Position numbers and translations under genes: made by a program. This document shows, piece after piece, positions 35,326-48,100 of a stretch of 64,000 nt of DNA. The notes beneath the pieces were generated by a model that saw only the letters and a program-made list of their open reading frames with translations, made no database searches and had not been told where the DNA came from. The DNA is from Ascoidea asiatica JCM 7603 (taxonomy: Eukaryota > Fungi > Ascomycota): NCBI GenBank assembly GCA_001600695.1, contig BCKQ01000006.1, forward strand, positions 824,731-888,730, written 5' to 3'. Each line of letters opens with the position of its first letter. Positions within the stretch are counted from its first letter, which is position 1.

Positions 35326-36108
35326 ATGGAAGATAAAATCAATTATTTATTAATGCATGTACCAAATAATACAACTTTAACTGTTGAATCTTTTGAAATA
35401 ATTTTAAATAATTTTAAAAAAATTGGTTATTTATCAAAAAATCAATCAAATTTATTAATTTTATTAATTATAGAATATTTAGCAGAAAATAAAATTCAAT
35501 TAAATTTATTAAAATATTTATCTAGATTCTTAAATATTTCAATTTATAATGATATAATTAATGAAAGAAATTTAAATAAAATTTGTGGTTATCCAATATG
35601 TTTAAATTCTCCAAAAAGGTTAAATAAAATTAAATTTTCAAATTTATTTTCAATTTCAACTCCTTTTACTTATTTAAATAATTATTGTTCAAAATTTCAT
35701 TATCAATCTTCTGAATTTTATAAAATTCAATTATCTAAAATTCAAATATTTAATAGAATTAATATAACTTATTTTAAATTTAATAATATGTTTTATGAAA
35801 AAAATATTATTCTATTACAAGATTTATATAACTTTAATAATAACTATTCAAACTTATCTCTTATTGAAATCATGAATAAATTATCTTTAAATGAGTCCAA
35901 TGATGATCATAATGATAACCTTAATGACAATAACAATGTAATTGATTTTAATAAAGGTAAAATACTATTTGAATCTGATTTATTATCTGATATTATAGAA
36001 AAATATCCACTTCAAAATACTGACATTGATAATGACATTGATAATGACATACACATTAACATAGATAATGATAATAACATTGAAGGTTATAAACCAAAAT
36101 CAAATTAA
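35326..36108 (+). CDS. RTR1: RNA Pol II CTD phosphatase Rtr1/RPAP2
   Basis: YNDIINERNLNKICGYPIC...YCSKFHYQSSEFYKIQL zinc motif. Confidence 0.92.
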   Translation: MEDKINYLLMHVPNNTTLTVESFEIILNNFKKIGYLSKNQSNLLILLIIEYLAENKIQLNLLKYLSRFLNISIYNDIINERNLNKICGYPICLNSPKRLNKIKFSNLFSISTPFTYLNNYCSKFHYQSSEFYKIQLSKIQIFNRINITYFKFNNMFYEKNIILLQDLYNFNNNYSNLSLIEIMNKLSLNESNDDHNDNLNDNNNVIDFNKGKILFESDLLSDIIEKYPLQNTDIDNDIDNDIHINIDNDNNIEGYKPKSN

Positions 36109-36135
36109 TATATAAATTAATATATATATATATAA

Positions 36136-36995
36136 TCACTTCTTTTTTAATTCTTTATATTTCCTTTTAAATCCAAATTTATTTAATCCATCCTCAATTG
36201 AAGGTTCAAAATTATTATTAATATTAATATTATTATCTTTAATAAATTTTATTAATAAATTAAATCTTTTAATTTTTTTAAAATAATATTTATTACATTT
36301 ATTTTGTAAAAAAATTTTAAAATTTTTATTAATATTATTATTAAAATTTAATTTTAATTCTTTAATTTTTTTACTAAATATTTTAAATGGTATATTATAA
36401 TTTAAATTTAAATAATTATTCCATGATTTAATTAATTTATTATGATATTCTTTAAAATCTTTATTAAATAAATAATTTTCATTTTTATATAATTCAAATT
36501 CCCAATTTGCTTCATCTATATAATAATCTTTAAATTTATATAAATTTAAATCATTTAAATAATTTTTACGATTTATTAATATTTGATTTTTAATTCTATA
36601 TGATTTAATTAAATTTGAAATTTTTTTTGATTGTAACCATGGTGTTCTTAAAAAATAAAATTTAAATTCATTTAAATTTTTAATTTTAAAATAATTTTTT
36701 TTAATTTTATATGGTCCTTTAATTAAATTTTTTTTAATTTTTTTAATAAAATTTATTGAATTTATAAAATTCATTTCATTTATTAAATTTTTAAATTCTG
36801 GTAATTGAAAAATTAAATTTCTTGGTTTTGGAATTTCAATTTTTTTATTTATATTTTCAAAATTTTTATTTTTTAAATTTATATATTTTATTATATTTAA
36901 TAAAATTCTATCATTATTTGATTGAATTTTTCTTAATTTTATTGATTTTATTATATTTGCTTCTGGTTTTAATTTAATTAATTCTTTTTTTATTA

Positions 36996-37032
<37 letters not shown>

Positions 37033-37383
37033 TGATTTGAAATTTAATATGAAAAATTTTTTATAAAATGAATAAATATTTTGAAATTTTAAATTATTAT
37101 TTAAATTAATAATATCTTTATTACTATTACTATTTAAAGAAATTATAAAATCTCTTAATATAATCTCTAAATTATATGCATTAATTAAATTTAATCTAAT
37201 TTTCTTTGAAGATGGATTACTTTTTAAATTTTTAAAAATTAAACATATTGATTTATTTAATTTAATATCATTTATATTTTTTGAATAATTTAAATCAATA
37301 TATTTTGAATGTTTATATAATAATTTATATATATTTAATACTGAAGATTTATGAGATTTTAAATATTTAAATTGAATTGGCAT
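36136..37383 (-). CDS. RRG1: Required for respiratory growth protein 1 (mitochondrial)
   Basis: N-terminal F..L.SHKS.VL.IY (Rrg1 FGKIPSHKSYVLSLYR), EANWE motif; convergent with an RTR gene as in S. cerevisiae. Confidence 0.8.
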
Positions 37384-38574
37384 TTTTAAATTTCAATTCA
37401 TTTTCATTTTCATTTTCATTTTCATTTCAATCTTCTTTATATTACTTACTTACATATAATAGTTTATACCTTTTTTCAATTGGTAAAAATATTTTCATAT
37501 AAAAACTTTAATTATTATCTTCAATATTACGTAATATTTTATTGTTTTTGAATACCGACCAGATTTATTTCTTTTGGGAGGAATTCCGAGGTTAATTTGC
37601 ATATGACCCGCATATTCTATGTTTAAAACTACATAGAATTTTTGGGTTTCGGGACTCATTAAAATAAAACCCTAGGACATTATAATTACTTTTTCCGGGC
37701 AATCATTCGGGACAAGATTACTGTCTGCATAAAACTTTATATTGTAGACAATCTTATCTGGCCAATAAAACGGGGGTTTAGAAATTGGGTTTACTGCAGC
37801 ACCTCGCACAGACTTCTTTTGTACACTTGGAGTGTACGGAGATTGCTTTTGATTGGTGTTTCTTTACATTTGAAAAAGGCCTGGCTATGAGCAACTCCAG
37901 AGATCAGCCGACAGCGATTGGCTCTGCTCTTTATCGACCATAAAACCCTGAGTGGAAGCTTGGAAGAGTCTCAGATAAAGGAGAAAACCGCAGTAATTGC
38001 GCGCAGTAAATACCTTTCATACTTTATTTCCATACTATTTCTGCGCTATCGTTTAGAACTGTTCGCTTTACTCTTTTAACGAACACTCAATAGCGCGCCA
38101 TACTTCAAAAAAGGCCCTTATCGTTGTGCAGGTGAAGTTCACTTTCATGTTAATCACAAAGTATTGCGCGCGCTCTGTTAAACTCCTGCGCTGCAAAAGT
38201 TAAGCTTTTCTTGTCGTCTACGCGCGGTGGTGGTTTGGTGTTGGTCCGGTCGGTGGCAGTTTTCACCTTTCTGCGGGCGCTTTTCCTGGTAATTTTGCTG
38301 GGAGTCGTTTTCTCTGCTGCATTTGCGAACGATCGTTTCAAACTCTGAAGAATCAACGAATATCGAAGGTGATTCTGAAAATAATAATATTAGAATAGTT
38401 TTAGAATAGCTTTCTTCTATCTAAAATTTAGTGCTTTAATTGCTTATTTCTTTATTTTTTATTTCCTTATTGCTTTATTTATTAGTTTATTACTTTATTT
38501 GTTTTCATTTATTTAGATATTCATGATTGATTTATTAATGATCTAGTCAAATAATAATAATAATAGTAATAGTA

Positions 38575-38612
<38 letters not shown>

Positions 38613-39028
38613 ATATATATCTTAATATATATCATAATACCCTATTCATACACTTATTATCCATCAAAGCTTTCTTTTTAAATATATTTGCTTTTATAAC
38701 TTGGTTTTAGTTCCTTTTCCTTTAATTTACCGAAATATTTAAATACGTAAATACCTAAATAATTAAAATTATAATCATAATTTCTAATTTCTAATTTCTA
38801 ATTTCTAATTTTATAATTCCAATTTTTTGCTATCTCATTTTCTTTAAGATTTTAATCCAGTAAAAAAGTAATCAAATAATTATTAATATTCCAATCTATA
38901 AATTTAGTTAATTTACAACATTTATATATATATATTTAAATAAAATTTTTATGATATATGGTATATATATATAGAATTTTATATTGCTTTAACCCTAAAG
39001 ATTAAAAAAAAGAAAAAAAAAAAAAAGT

Positions 39029-39383
39029 ATGATGAATATGAATATGAATATGAATATGAATAGAAATATAAATAGGAATATGAATGAAATATCTGATATA
39101 ATACCTCCTCAATCAAATTCAAATTCAAATTCAAATTCAAAATCTCAATTTCAATCTAAATCTCAATCAAAACCTCAATCAAATATAAAATCATCTAAAA
39201 ATTTAAATAATTCAAATAATCTATTATTCTCAAATGATTTTAATCAAAATAATTTATCAACTTCTCCTGATTCTTTATGGAGAATGTATGCTAAAGCTAA
39301 AGCTTCTTTACCTTATAGAGCAAGAATGGAAAATTTAACTTGGAGAATGATGGCAATATCTTTAAGAAGAAAAAATATTAATC

Positions 39384-39459
<76 letters not shown>

Positions 39460-42034
39460 TAATCAATCTTCAAATAATAATAAAATTAAACCTAATGAAA
39501 TTAATAATCATATTGATGATATAAAAACTATAAATTCAGTAAATGATATTAAAAATCTTAAAAATAATATAAAAATTAAAAATATTACTAAAATTAATTC
39601 AAATGAAAATATAACGTCTCAAAATAAATCTCCTTTATTAAATTCTTTATCTTCTTTAGATAATGATCATGATATTGATTTATCTTTATCTGATCAATTT
39701 ATGAATTTACCAAATGATAATAATCATTCAAATAATAAAGATAATTTCGATTATGTTTCTCATATAAGAAGATATAATACTGAAAATAATAGTACTAATA
39801 ATAATGGAAATAATTCTAAAAAAAGACCTGCTGAATTTTCTCCAGCTTTTCAACCTACTGATTCTTTAAACAATATAAATTCAACTTTATCAAATAATTT
39901 TTTCCCTAATCAAAACAATACTCTGAATAACACACTCAATAATAATATTAATAACCAAAATAATCAAAATAAATTTTCTTATTCTTCCTCTTTAAGGTTA
40001 GGTCTTGAAACTTTACATGAAAATCCAATGAATTTACATAATCATAATAATAGTAATATTAATAATTCAAATAATTTTAATCAAAATATTAACTCAAATA
40101 CACATCCAATTCCAAATTCAATACCTTTAAATCATATGCTGCCTAGTAATATTCCAAATATTATTCCAAATAATATCCTGAATAACATGCAGAATAATAT
40201 TCCAAATAATATACGAAATAATATGTCAAATAATATGTCAAATAATATGCCAAACAACATTTCAAACAACCTTCCAAATAATATGCAACACAATATACCT
40301 CCAAATCCTTTAACAACTCAACTTAATCATCATCCTAATTCCTCTAATCATCATGATCATGCATTTCAATTTTCTTTAGATCCTTTGGCCGTTGAAGCAC
40401 CTTCTAATAATTTTAGATCTCCAATAGCTGTAAATGGATATCAAAATCATTATAATTTATCTTCTCCAGATACTCCTTTCTCAGATTCTCAAAATCATTC
40501 TCGTCCTCCAACTTCAATAGCTCCTTCTAATATTTTAAATAATAATGTTCCCCCTTTTTTCAGTAATAGAAATAATAATAATAACAATAACAATAGTAAT
40601 AATAATAATCATAATAATAATCATTCTTTTCTTGATAACTTTTCTTCCCCTTCATTCAACTTTGAAATTATTCCAGATAATGTTACATCTTCTTCCTTTA
40701 TGGACTCTTTCATAAATAATAATAATAATAATAATAGTAGAAATAGTAATAATAATGGAAATAATAATAATTCAAAACCAAATGCTATTGACCCAAAAGC
40801 TTTTGAAGCAATAAAAGAAGATAATTTCAGTTGGTTAGATATGCCAGATTCAGATTTTATTTCAAAACCTACTACAAATACAAATCATCTGAACAATAAT
40901 CAAAATAATAATAATAATTTAATGAATAATAAATTTCCCTCCACTTCACAAATTAATGGTACAATTTCACCTGATTTTATTACAAAATTTCCTTCTCAAA
41001 ATCAAAATTTAACTCTTGGTATTGATAATGCTTTAAATAAAGTAACAAATGAACAAGATGAATTACAAAATATTCGAAAGCCAAATAATGAAAGAAAAAA
41101 TTCTGTCGTTTCAACTGTATCTACAATTTCTGTTAACACTATTAATACTAATAATACCGATAATTCTTCAATTTCTTCAAGAAAGAAAACGAATAAACCT
41201 AATAAAAAATCAAAAGTTAAAGAAATCAAAAGTTCATTTTCAAATGCAGCAAAAAATAAAAATAATTCTACTTCAAATTCACAAACTAGATGTACAAATT
41301 GTAATACACAAACTACACCTTTATGGAGAAGAAATCCAGAAGGTCAGCCTTTGTGTAACGCTTGTGGATTATTCCTAAAATTACATGGTGTTGTAAGACC
41401 CTTATCCTTAAAAACAGATGTTATTAAAAAGAGACATCGAGGTAGTAATGCAACTTCAAAAGATAAGATGAATTGTGATGATAATAATAGAAATTCTAAT
41501 AATAACTCTAATAATAATAGTCCGAATCTTTCAATAAATGATAAAAAAGTAATGAAAAAATCTTCTTCAAATTCTCCAAAAAGATTATCAAATAGTACCT
41601 TAGGTTTAGCAACTTTAGGAATGACTACAAATCCAGCTTCCATAACTAAGGGGTTTAAATCTCTTTCTTCAATCAATCTAATAAAAAGAGTAGATGGAGA
41701 TGATTTAAATCCTAAACCATTGAACTTATCAGCAAAATCCATGAACATAGATATTGATGGTGACGATTTGGATCCAAATCCAATCAATCTAATGACAGAA
41801 AATGACATAAATATAACAGAAAGCCCTAACATAAATAATCTGGAAATTGGACTGTTATCAAATGATAGTAATAGCAATAATAATAGTAATAATAGTAACA
41901 ATAATACTAACGGTAATAGTAATAATAAAAATAGTAATGCTAATGATGATTTATTTGGAAATAATAATGAAATGCCAACTGATATTGATCCAAGTTCTCA
42001 AAATAATTGGGAATGGTTAACCATGGCACTTTAA
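39029..42034 (+). CDS. GAT1: Nitrogen-regulatory GATA factor (AreA/Gat1)
   Basis: [74 protein letters not shown], terminal WEWLTMAL. Confidence 0.95.
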
Positions 42035-42342
42035 TAATAAAGGAGTTTGTTTAATTATGAAAATTTCATTTCTTTTAATTTTTTGTTCTAATATTCTTTG
42101 TTAATATTTTGTTAGTTGATTTTTAATTTTTTTTCTGTTAATTGGTGATATAATTTTTTAAAGCATAGATTGTAATTTTTTTTTAATATTAAACATTTTT
42201 TAATGAATATAAAAGCTCTGAGTAAAATGAAAATGAAAATTGAATGTAAAAACTTTTTAAATTGAATTGAATCAAATTGAATCAAATTGAATCAAATTGA
42301 ATTAGTGAGATATGTGTATTATATTTTGTAGAATATACTTTC

Positions 42343-43711
42343 TTATAATTCAGTTTCTGCATCAACACCAAAATCTTTTAAACCTTCACCGAATTCATTT
42401 TCCCATAAAAAAGTATTTGAATTTGATTCTGAATTATGAAAAGTATTAGAATTTATTACAAATCTTTCAGCACCTATTCCAGGAGTTGCTTCATCTGGAG
42501 TATCATCTTTTTCTTGATTATTACCATCTGGGGGCCAAGGTAAAGATAATTCATCATCAAATATATCATCAGTTTTTTTAAAATTAATACCATCACAAAT
42601 TGGATAAGACCATGGGAAAATCCAAAACCAAGGATAATTTAAAGCTTGAATTGTATTTTGCCAAAGAGATAAATTAAATGGAAAAATTATATCATCAATT
42701 TTAAAATCGGGTATAGGCTCATAATTATTTGTACTTGTTGGTGAAAATGAAGGTCTTTGTCTTGAAATATTATTATCATTTAAAGTGCCATCATTATTAT
42801 CATTATCATTATCATTTTCATTGTTATAAGAGGAAGTTGAATAAGATGAAGACCAAGAAGATAATTTTGGTAAATTTTTTTTATGAATTGATTTATAATT
42901 TGATCTAATTTTAGACCAAAAAGAATTTGAATTTATATGAGATTCTATTCTTTCCCATTCCCAAGATTCAATTTGAGTCATTCCAGAAATAATTATATGA
43001 TAAAGAGTTCTTATTGTTAATAAAGATACAGTTAAAAGTATAAAAGAATCAATTGGTAATAAAATGATTGTGAAATATAATTGAGATTTTTTAATAAGAT
43101 AAGAAGGTAAATTTCTATCAATCCAAAAATTATATAAATTTTTAATTAATTCAATTAAAACAAAAGAAGAAGTAAAAATTACAAAAATTAAAAATCTAAT
43201 AAAATGAGGTAAATTATTATTACCAATACAATTTAAAGTCCATGGACAATGATGATCCATTTTTAAAATACAATTATTACAAGATTTACAATGATGAGAT
43301 CTTTCAGGTTTATAATTATTACATTTTCTACACCATCTTTTCCATATTAAATTTTGTTTATCATTAATTTCATAATTAAAATTTGGAGGAATATAATTTT
43401 TTGGTGGATTTCCTGGAGATATAAAAATTGATAAGAGATAATTTATCCAGATTAAAGATAAAAAAATTTGAAAAAAAACTTGTTTTTGAAATGAGAAATA
43501 ATTTGAAAAAATGAAATAATGAGCAGAATATCCTACAAATGCGATTAAAAAAGAAGGTATCTAATATAATTGAAATTATTGTTAGTTATTTTGATAGATG
43601 GAAAGTAAGAATTAAAAGTTAAGATTTGATAAGAGATTAGGAAAGATCAAAGATGACTTAGAAATTACATACAGCTATGCCTAGCCAGGGCCATTTAAGT
43701 TGAACAACCAT
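42343..43711 (-). CDS. PFA4: DHHC palmitoyltransferase Pfa4; complement(join 43673-43711, 42343-43560)
   Basis: MVVQLKWPWLGIA|IPSFLIAFVGYSAHYF; KPERSHHCKSC..MDHHCPW; intron 43561-43672 GTATGT..AACTAAC..TAG. Confidence 0.95.
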
Positions 43712-44160
43712 TATAACTGATTGATTTCTGAAATCTTTTGTTTGAATAAGTTGAAATTAAACAAAAAATAATTCATTTCTTGAATTGATCAAGAATAAAG
43801 GTTTCTGTGGAAAATATATATCAAAAACAACGAGAAAGTGAAAGAATTCCTCATCTAAAAAAGATACCGGCAAAATAGAAACAAGTGGAATACATTTTAC
43901 CAGAGCCGCGCCATGGGTGTGGTAAGAAACCAGAAAGGCATCAAATAAAGTAATCATGCGTGCCCCTGAGTTTTGGTCTCAGTGTTTATTTATTTTTGGG
44001 CCGGAGCGGAGTGTTGATTACGTAATCAATCATTGTGGAAGTAATCGAAGCAGAGTGCCAGATCGAGGGTGGCTTCCACAGTCAGGCCCGGAGTGAGGTG
44101 GATACTACTTACAAAAGTCAGATTTTTTTTAATTCAATATAAAAAAATAAATAAACAAAT

Positions 44161-44283
44161 TAATCACGTAATAAAATTTGAAACAAAAAATTGAAACATA
44201 TAATAAAAATTGAAACACATAATAAAAATTCAAACACATAATAAAAATTTAAACAAAAAATTGAAACAAAAAAATAATCACGG
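44161..44283. repeat. Imperfect 19-bp minisatellite (TAATAAAAATTGAAACACA) bracketed by TAATCACG
   Basis: Seen directly. Confidence 0.75.
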
Positions 44284-45175
44284 GATCATAACTTAGTATT
44301 ATAAGAACTGAGGTCAGAAATGATTGTTGAAGCATTTCTGTCAACAATACTCATTAAGCTCTTAGGCTGTTAGGTGGAGCACTCCGCCACAAAAATAATA
44401 CACTAATAAGGTAATTATATGGCGCTGACGTGGTAGTGGTGTGGCTGATACGGAGCACGTTTTTCAATGTTTCCTAATCGGGGATCTTGGCTTAACGCCA
44501 GAGTTTTCTGCGCCTTTGGATGCACAGCGTGCGCTTCTCTGCCGCTACCATTTTTTCACCCAGTAGAGATACTGCACACTGCTGCACCGCTCTTCACTCT
44601 CAAAAACGCCAACCTTAATAAAGTACAATAACCTGCAAGTGTTCTTAATGAAATATTTTTGAAAGTGTTATGAATTGTTATACAAGTATTTTATTATTAT
44701 ATTATATTATCAGTTTTTTTATTTTCATAGTTTATTTTTGAATTATGAAACTCAATAAGAATTTCTAGTGCTGAGGGTGTGATATTGAAAGTGTAATATC
44801 ATCCCTTTTGATTTTTTTAATTTTTTCTTTTGGATTTTGGGTTTGTTTTCACAAAAATGATTCATTGTTGATCTTTAATTTTTTTAGTATTCTTATTCTT
44901 GTTCTTATTCTAATTCTTATGTTTATTCTCTTTAGAATCTTTCTAAAGAACAATGGCCTTAGAACGTGCTTGTAGAATGTTAAACCATTTCTCTTTATAT
45001 ATTTCAAATTTATTTTATTCATTTCCTTTCTCATTTTTATTTTAAATATAATAGACCATTCTCCTGACACTTTTCTTTCTCTTTTTCAATTTTATTTTTT
45101 TGAAATTTATCATTTTTTTTATCTAAAGACATCATATAAAATCCTTCTCAAATATATTCAATAGATCTCACAACA

Positions 45176-48100
45176 ATGTCTAATGATGAAAATAAATATA
45201 ATAATAAATCTTTAGATCCATTTTTTAATGAACTAAATAATACTAATAATAACGTGAATAATAACTTTAATAACAATTCAAAAATGCAAGAAAATAAACT
45301 ATCCAATATATCTAATGAAGATTATTTAAAATTTCAAGAAAAAATGAATTTAAATATGGATGAAACTATAAGGTTAGCTGTATCTGAAGCAATAAAAAAA
45401 TCACTTTCACCATCCTTATCCCAAAATTCTACTTTCAATACTTTTCAACCTAATAATAATAATAATGTTGATAATACCAACATTAATAATATTAATAATA
45501 ATATAAATCACTCATCTTTACCTTATAATTCTATAAATTCATCATTATCTTCAAAAAATAATATATCTACTAATAATGTAGATTATTTAGTCTCAAATAT
45601 TCAAAATAGCTTAAGTTTGCAAATAAAAAATATGGTTCCTCAAATTTTAAATCAAAATTTGAATTTAAAAAATACCTCTGTTAATGATATCTATCCTTCT
45701 CCTCCTTTTCCTCATAAACTAAACATTCAAACACCTACTCAATCTTATACTGATAATCAAAATTATAACTCCCCAAATTATGATCCAAATTCTCATTATT
45801 CTTCAGATTTATCTCCTACTGATCAACAACAATATCAAACTAATTATTCTTTTAATCAATATTCTTCAGAGTATAAATCTCCTTCTGATTATAAATCTAT
45901 TCATGATTCTCCTTTTCATATGCATTCTAGCATAAATAATAATAGTAATAGTAATAATAATTATAATAATAATAATAATAATAATAATAACTCTTTTTTC
46001 ATAAAACCTTCTAGAAGTCCGAGTACAAGAACAAGTCAATCAAGTTTATCAAATTCAAGAAGATTAAGTTTTATTTCAGATTCAACTACATCAACTTCAA
46101 TTTCTGAAGGTATTCAAACTCCTTCAATTCATATGCAGACAAAATCAATTAATGGTATTAATAATAATCATGAAGATTTTGATAAATTTAATAATCTCTT
46201 TTCTGTTCCATTAACCCCTATTAAACAATTACCTGATGATATTATTTCTGATTATTCAGGATCTCAAAATTTACATAATTTTAAAATCAAAAATAACTCA
46301 AATTCATCAATAAGTTTGCGAAATAGTTCTCAAACTTCAATAAATAATATACCTTCAACTACCTTACCTTCCCCAACTATAAATACAACCTTAAATTCAA
46401 ATTCAAAACCTCCATCTCGCCCAGATTCAAAACAAGGGTTGAGAAAAAATTCTTTATTATCTCCTACCAGTAGTAGATATCTGTCAAGAAAACCAAGTCA
46501 ATCAAGTATTTCAAGTTCAAGACAAAAACTTTATTCAAAATTAACCTTGAGAACAGTAGGAAGTTCTTCAAAATTAAATACAATTGAACAATCTGATGAA
46601 CATGTAAATGATTTTATTCAAATTCAGCATCAGTTTCATTCAAATTTAATTTACCTAATAAATGCTGGAAATCATCTTTTATGCCAAGAAAGAGAACTTT
46701 GTGCCCCATATGGAATGAATAGATTCTATAATGATTCTTTTTATTGGATTAATGAACTTGCTGAATTACATCAATTGGAACTTTTAAATCCAATTAATAA
46801 TTTAAAATCAAACGATTTTGAATCTTTTTTAAAATATTTTCAAAACTGGATTAGAAAATCAATTCCAGTTTGGACAAATTTTGTAAAAAGATTTTCAAAT
46901 CTTCTTTTTTTTATAAAATTAAGTGAATTTGTTTCACCAACGAAACGAAATTCATTAATATTATCTAAATCTCCAAATGCCTATTATTTAAATGATCCTC
47001 TTAATTGTTTTCAAAATAATTTTTCAAAAAAATTCTTGAATTGGAAAAATAATGTTAGTGAAATAGGAATTATATCAAATAATTTAATTAATAAATTTTT
47101 TAGTCAAAATTTTTTGGATATTATATTTGATTACAATGAACAATTAATTGATATGATTGATCACATCTCAATTCAAAATCTTATTTCTTTTCATTCTTCT
47201 TCAGAAACTAAAAATTGTATTCATTTATTTAAATCTGAAATTGAGTCAAGTCTTAGTGTTTCAAAAACTGAAACTGTTTTAAGTTTGCTAAGTTGGAAAG
47301 AGTTTTTCTTTGATAAAGTTAAATTGTTTGATCTAATAAAAGATATTCTATTCATTTCTTTATTCAAAGGAGAACAAAAAATATTTCATTCTGAAAATAA
47401 TGTAGAAGTTAGAAATATTATTTTTTTGGTCTTTTCTGCTCATTTAATTATTGTTAAAGTGGATTTCAATAGAACAGGAACTTATCAATTAACAGTAATA
47501 GACGATCCTATTTCTTTAAAAATTTTAACTAAAGAAGAAAAAAAAAAAGTATGTTATGAAGGATTAGATGATATCAGACAAATTTTTGAAACCAGTTCTA
47601 TTAGATCTAGTAGTATTTCTTCCAAGGAAAATTTATCCATAATTTCACCACTTCATGAATCATTATCCCCAAATGCAATGGAAACAATTAAAAAATCAGT
47701 TTCAAGAACTAGTGAAACTTCCTCAACTAAATCAATTCTTTCTCGATCAAATTCAGCATTAATAAAGAATAAATCATCTGCTAGTAAAAGGAATTCTATT
47801 CTATCAACTAAGCTTTTAATTCAAGAAAAAAATAATTTAAATGATTTCCAAAATGTGCCCAAAATCACTGAATCAGAGACCCAGGTTTTCAGTGACATTA
47901 GAAAACCACTTTTGATTTCTCATAAAACTAATCTCAGCAGTAATAATAGTAGTATTAATACTAAAGCGACAATAACTGAAAATTTCAACCCAATAAAATC
48001 CAAACCAATTAATAACAACTCTAGTTTCAATTACAATTATAATGAAAATTTATCTGAATCAATCAGTGAAAAAAAGCTACCAATAAATTATTTTTCATAT

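Noticed and set aside
37790-38360. GC-rich stretch as possible ncRNA or 68-aa ORF
   Set aside because: No recognisable ncRNA motif; TTG start; consistent with the GAT1 promoter island
44161-44283. CRISPR-like array
   Set aside because: Tandem AT-rich units without spacers in a eukaryotic genome
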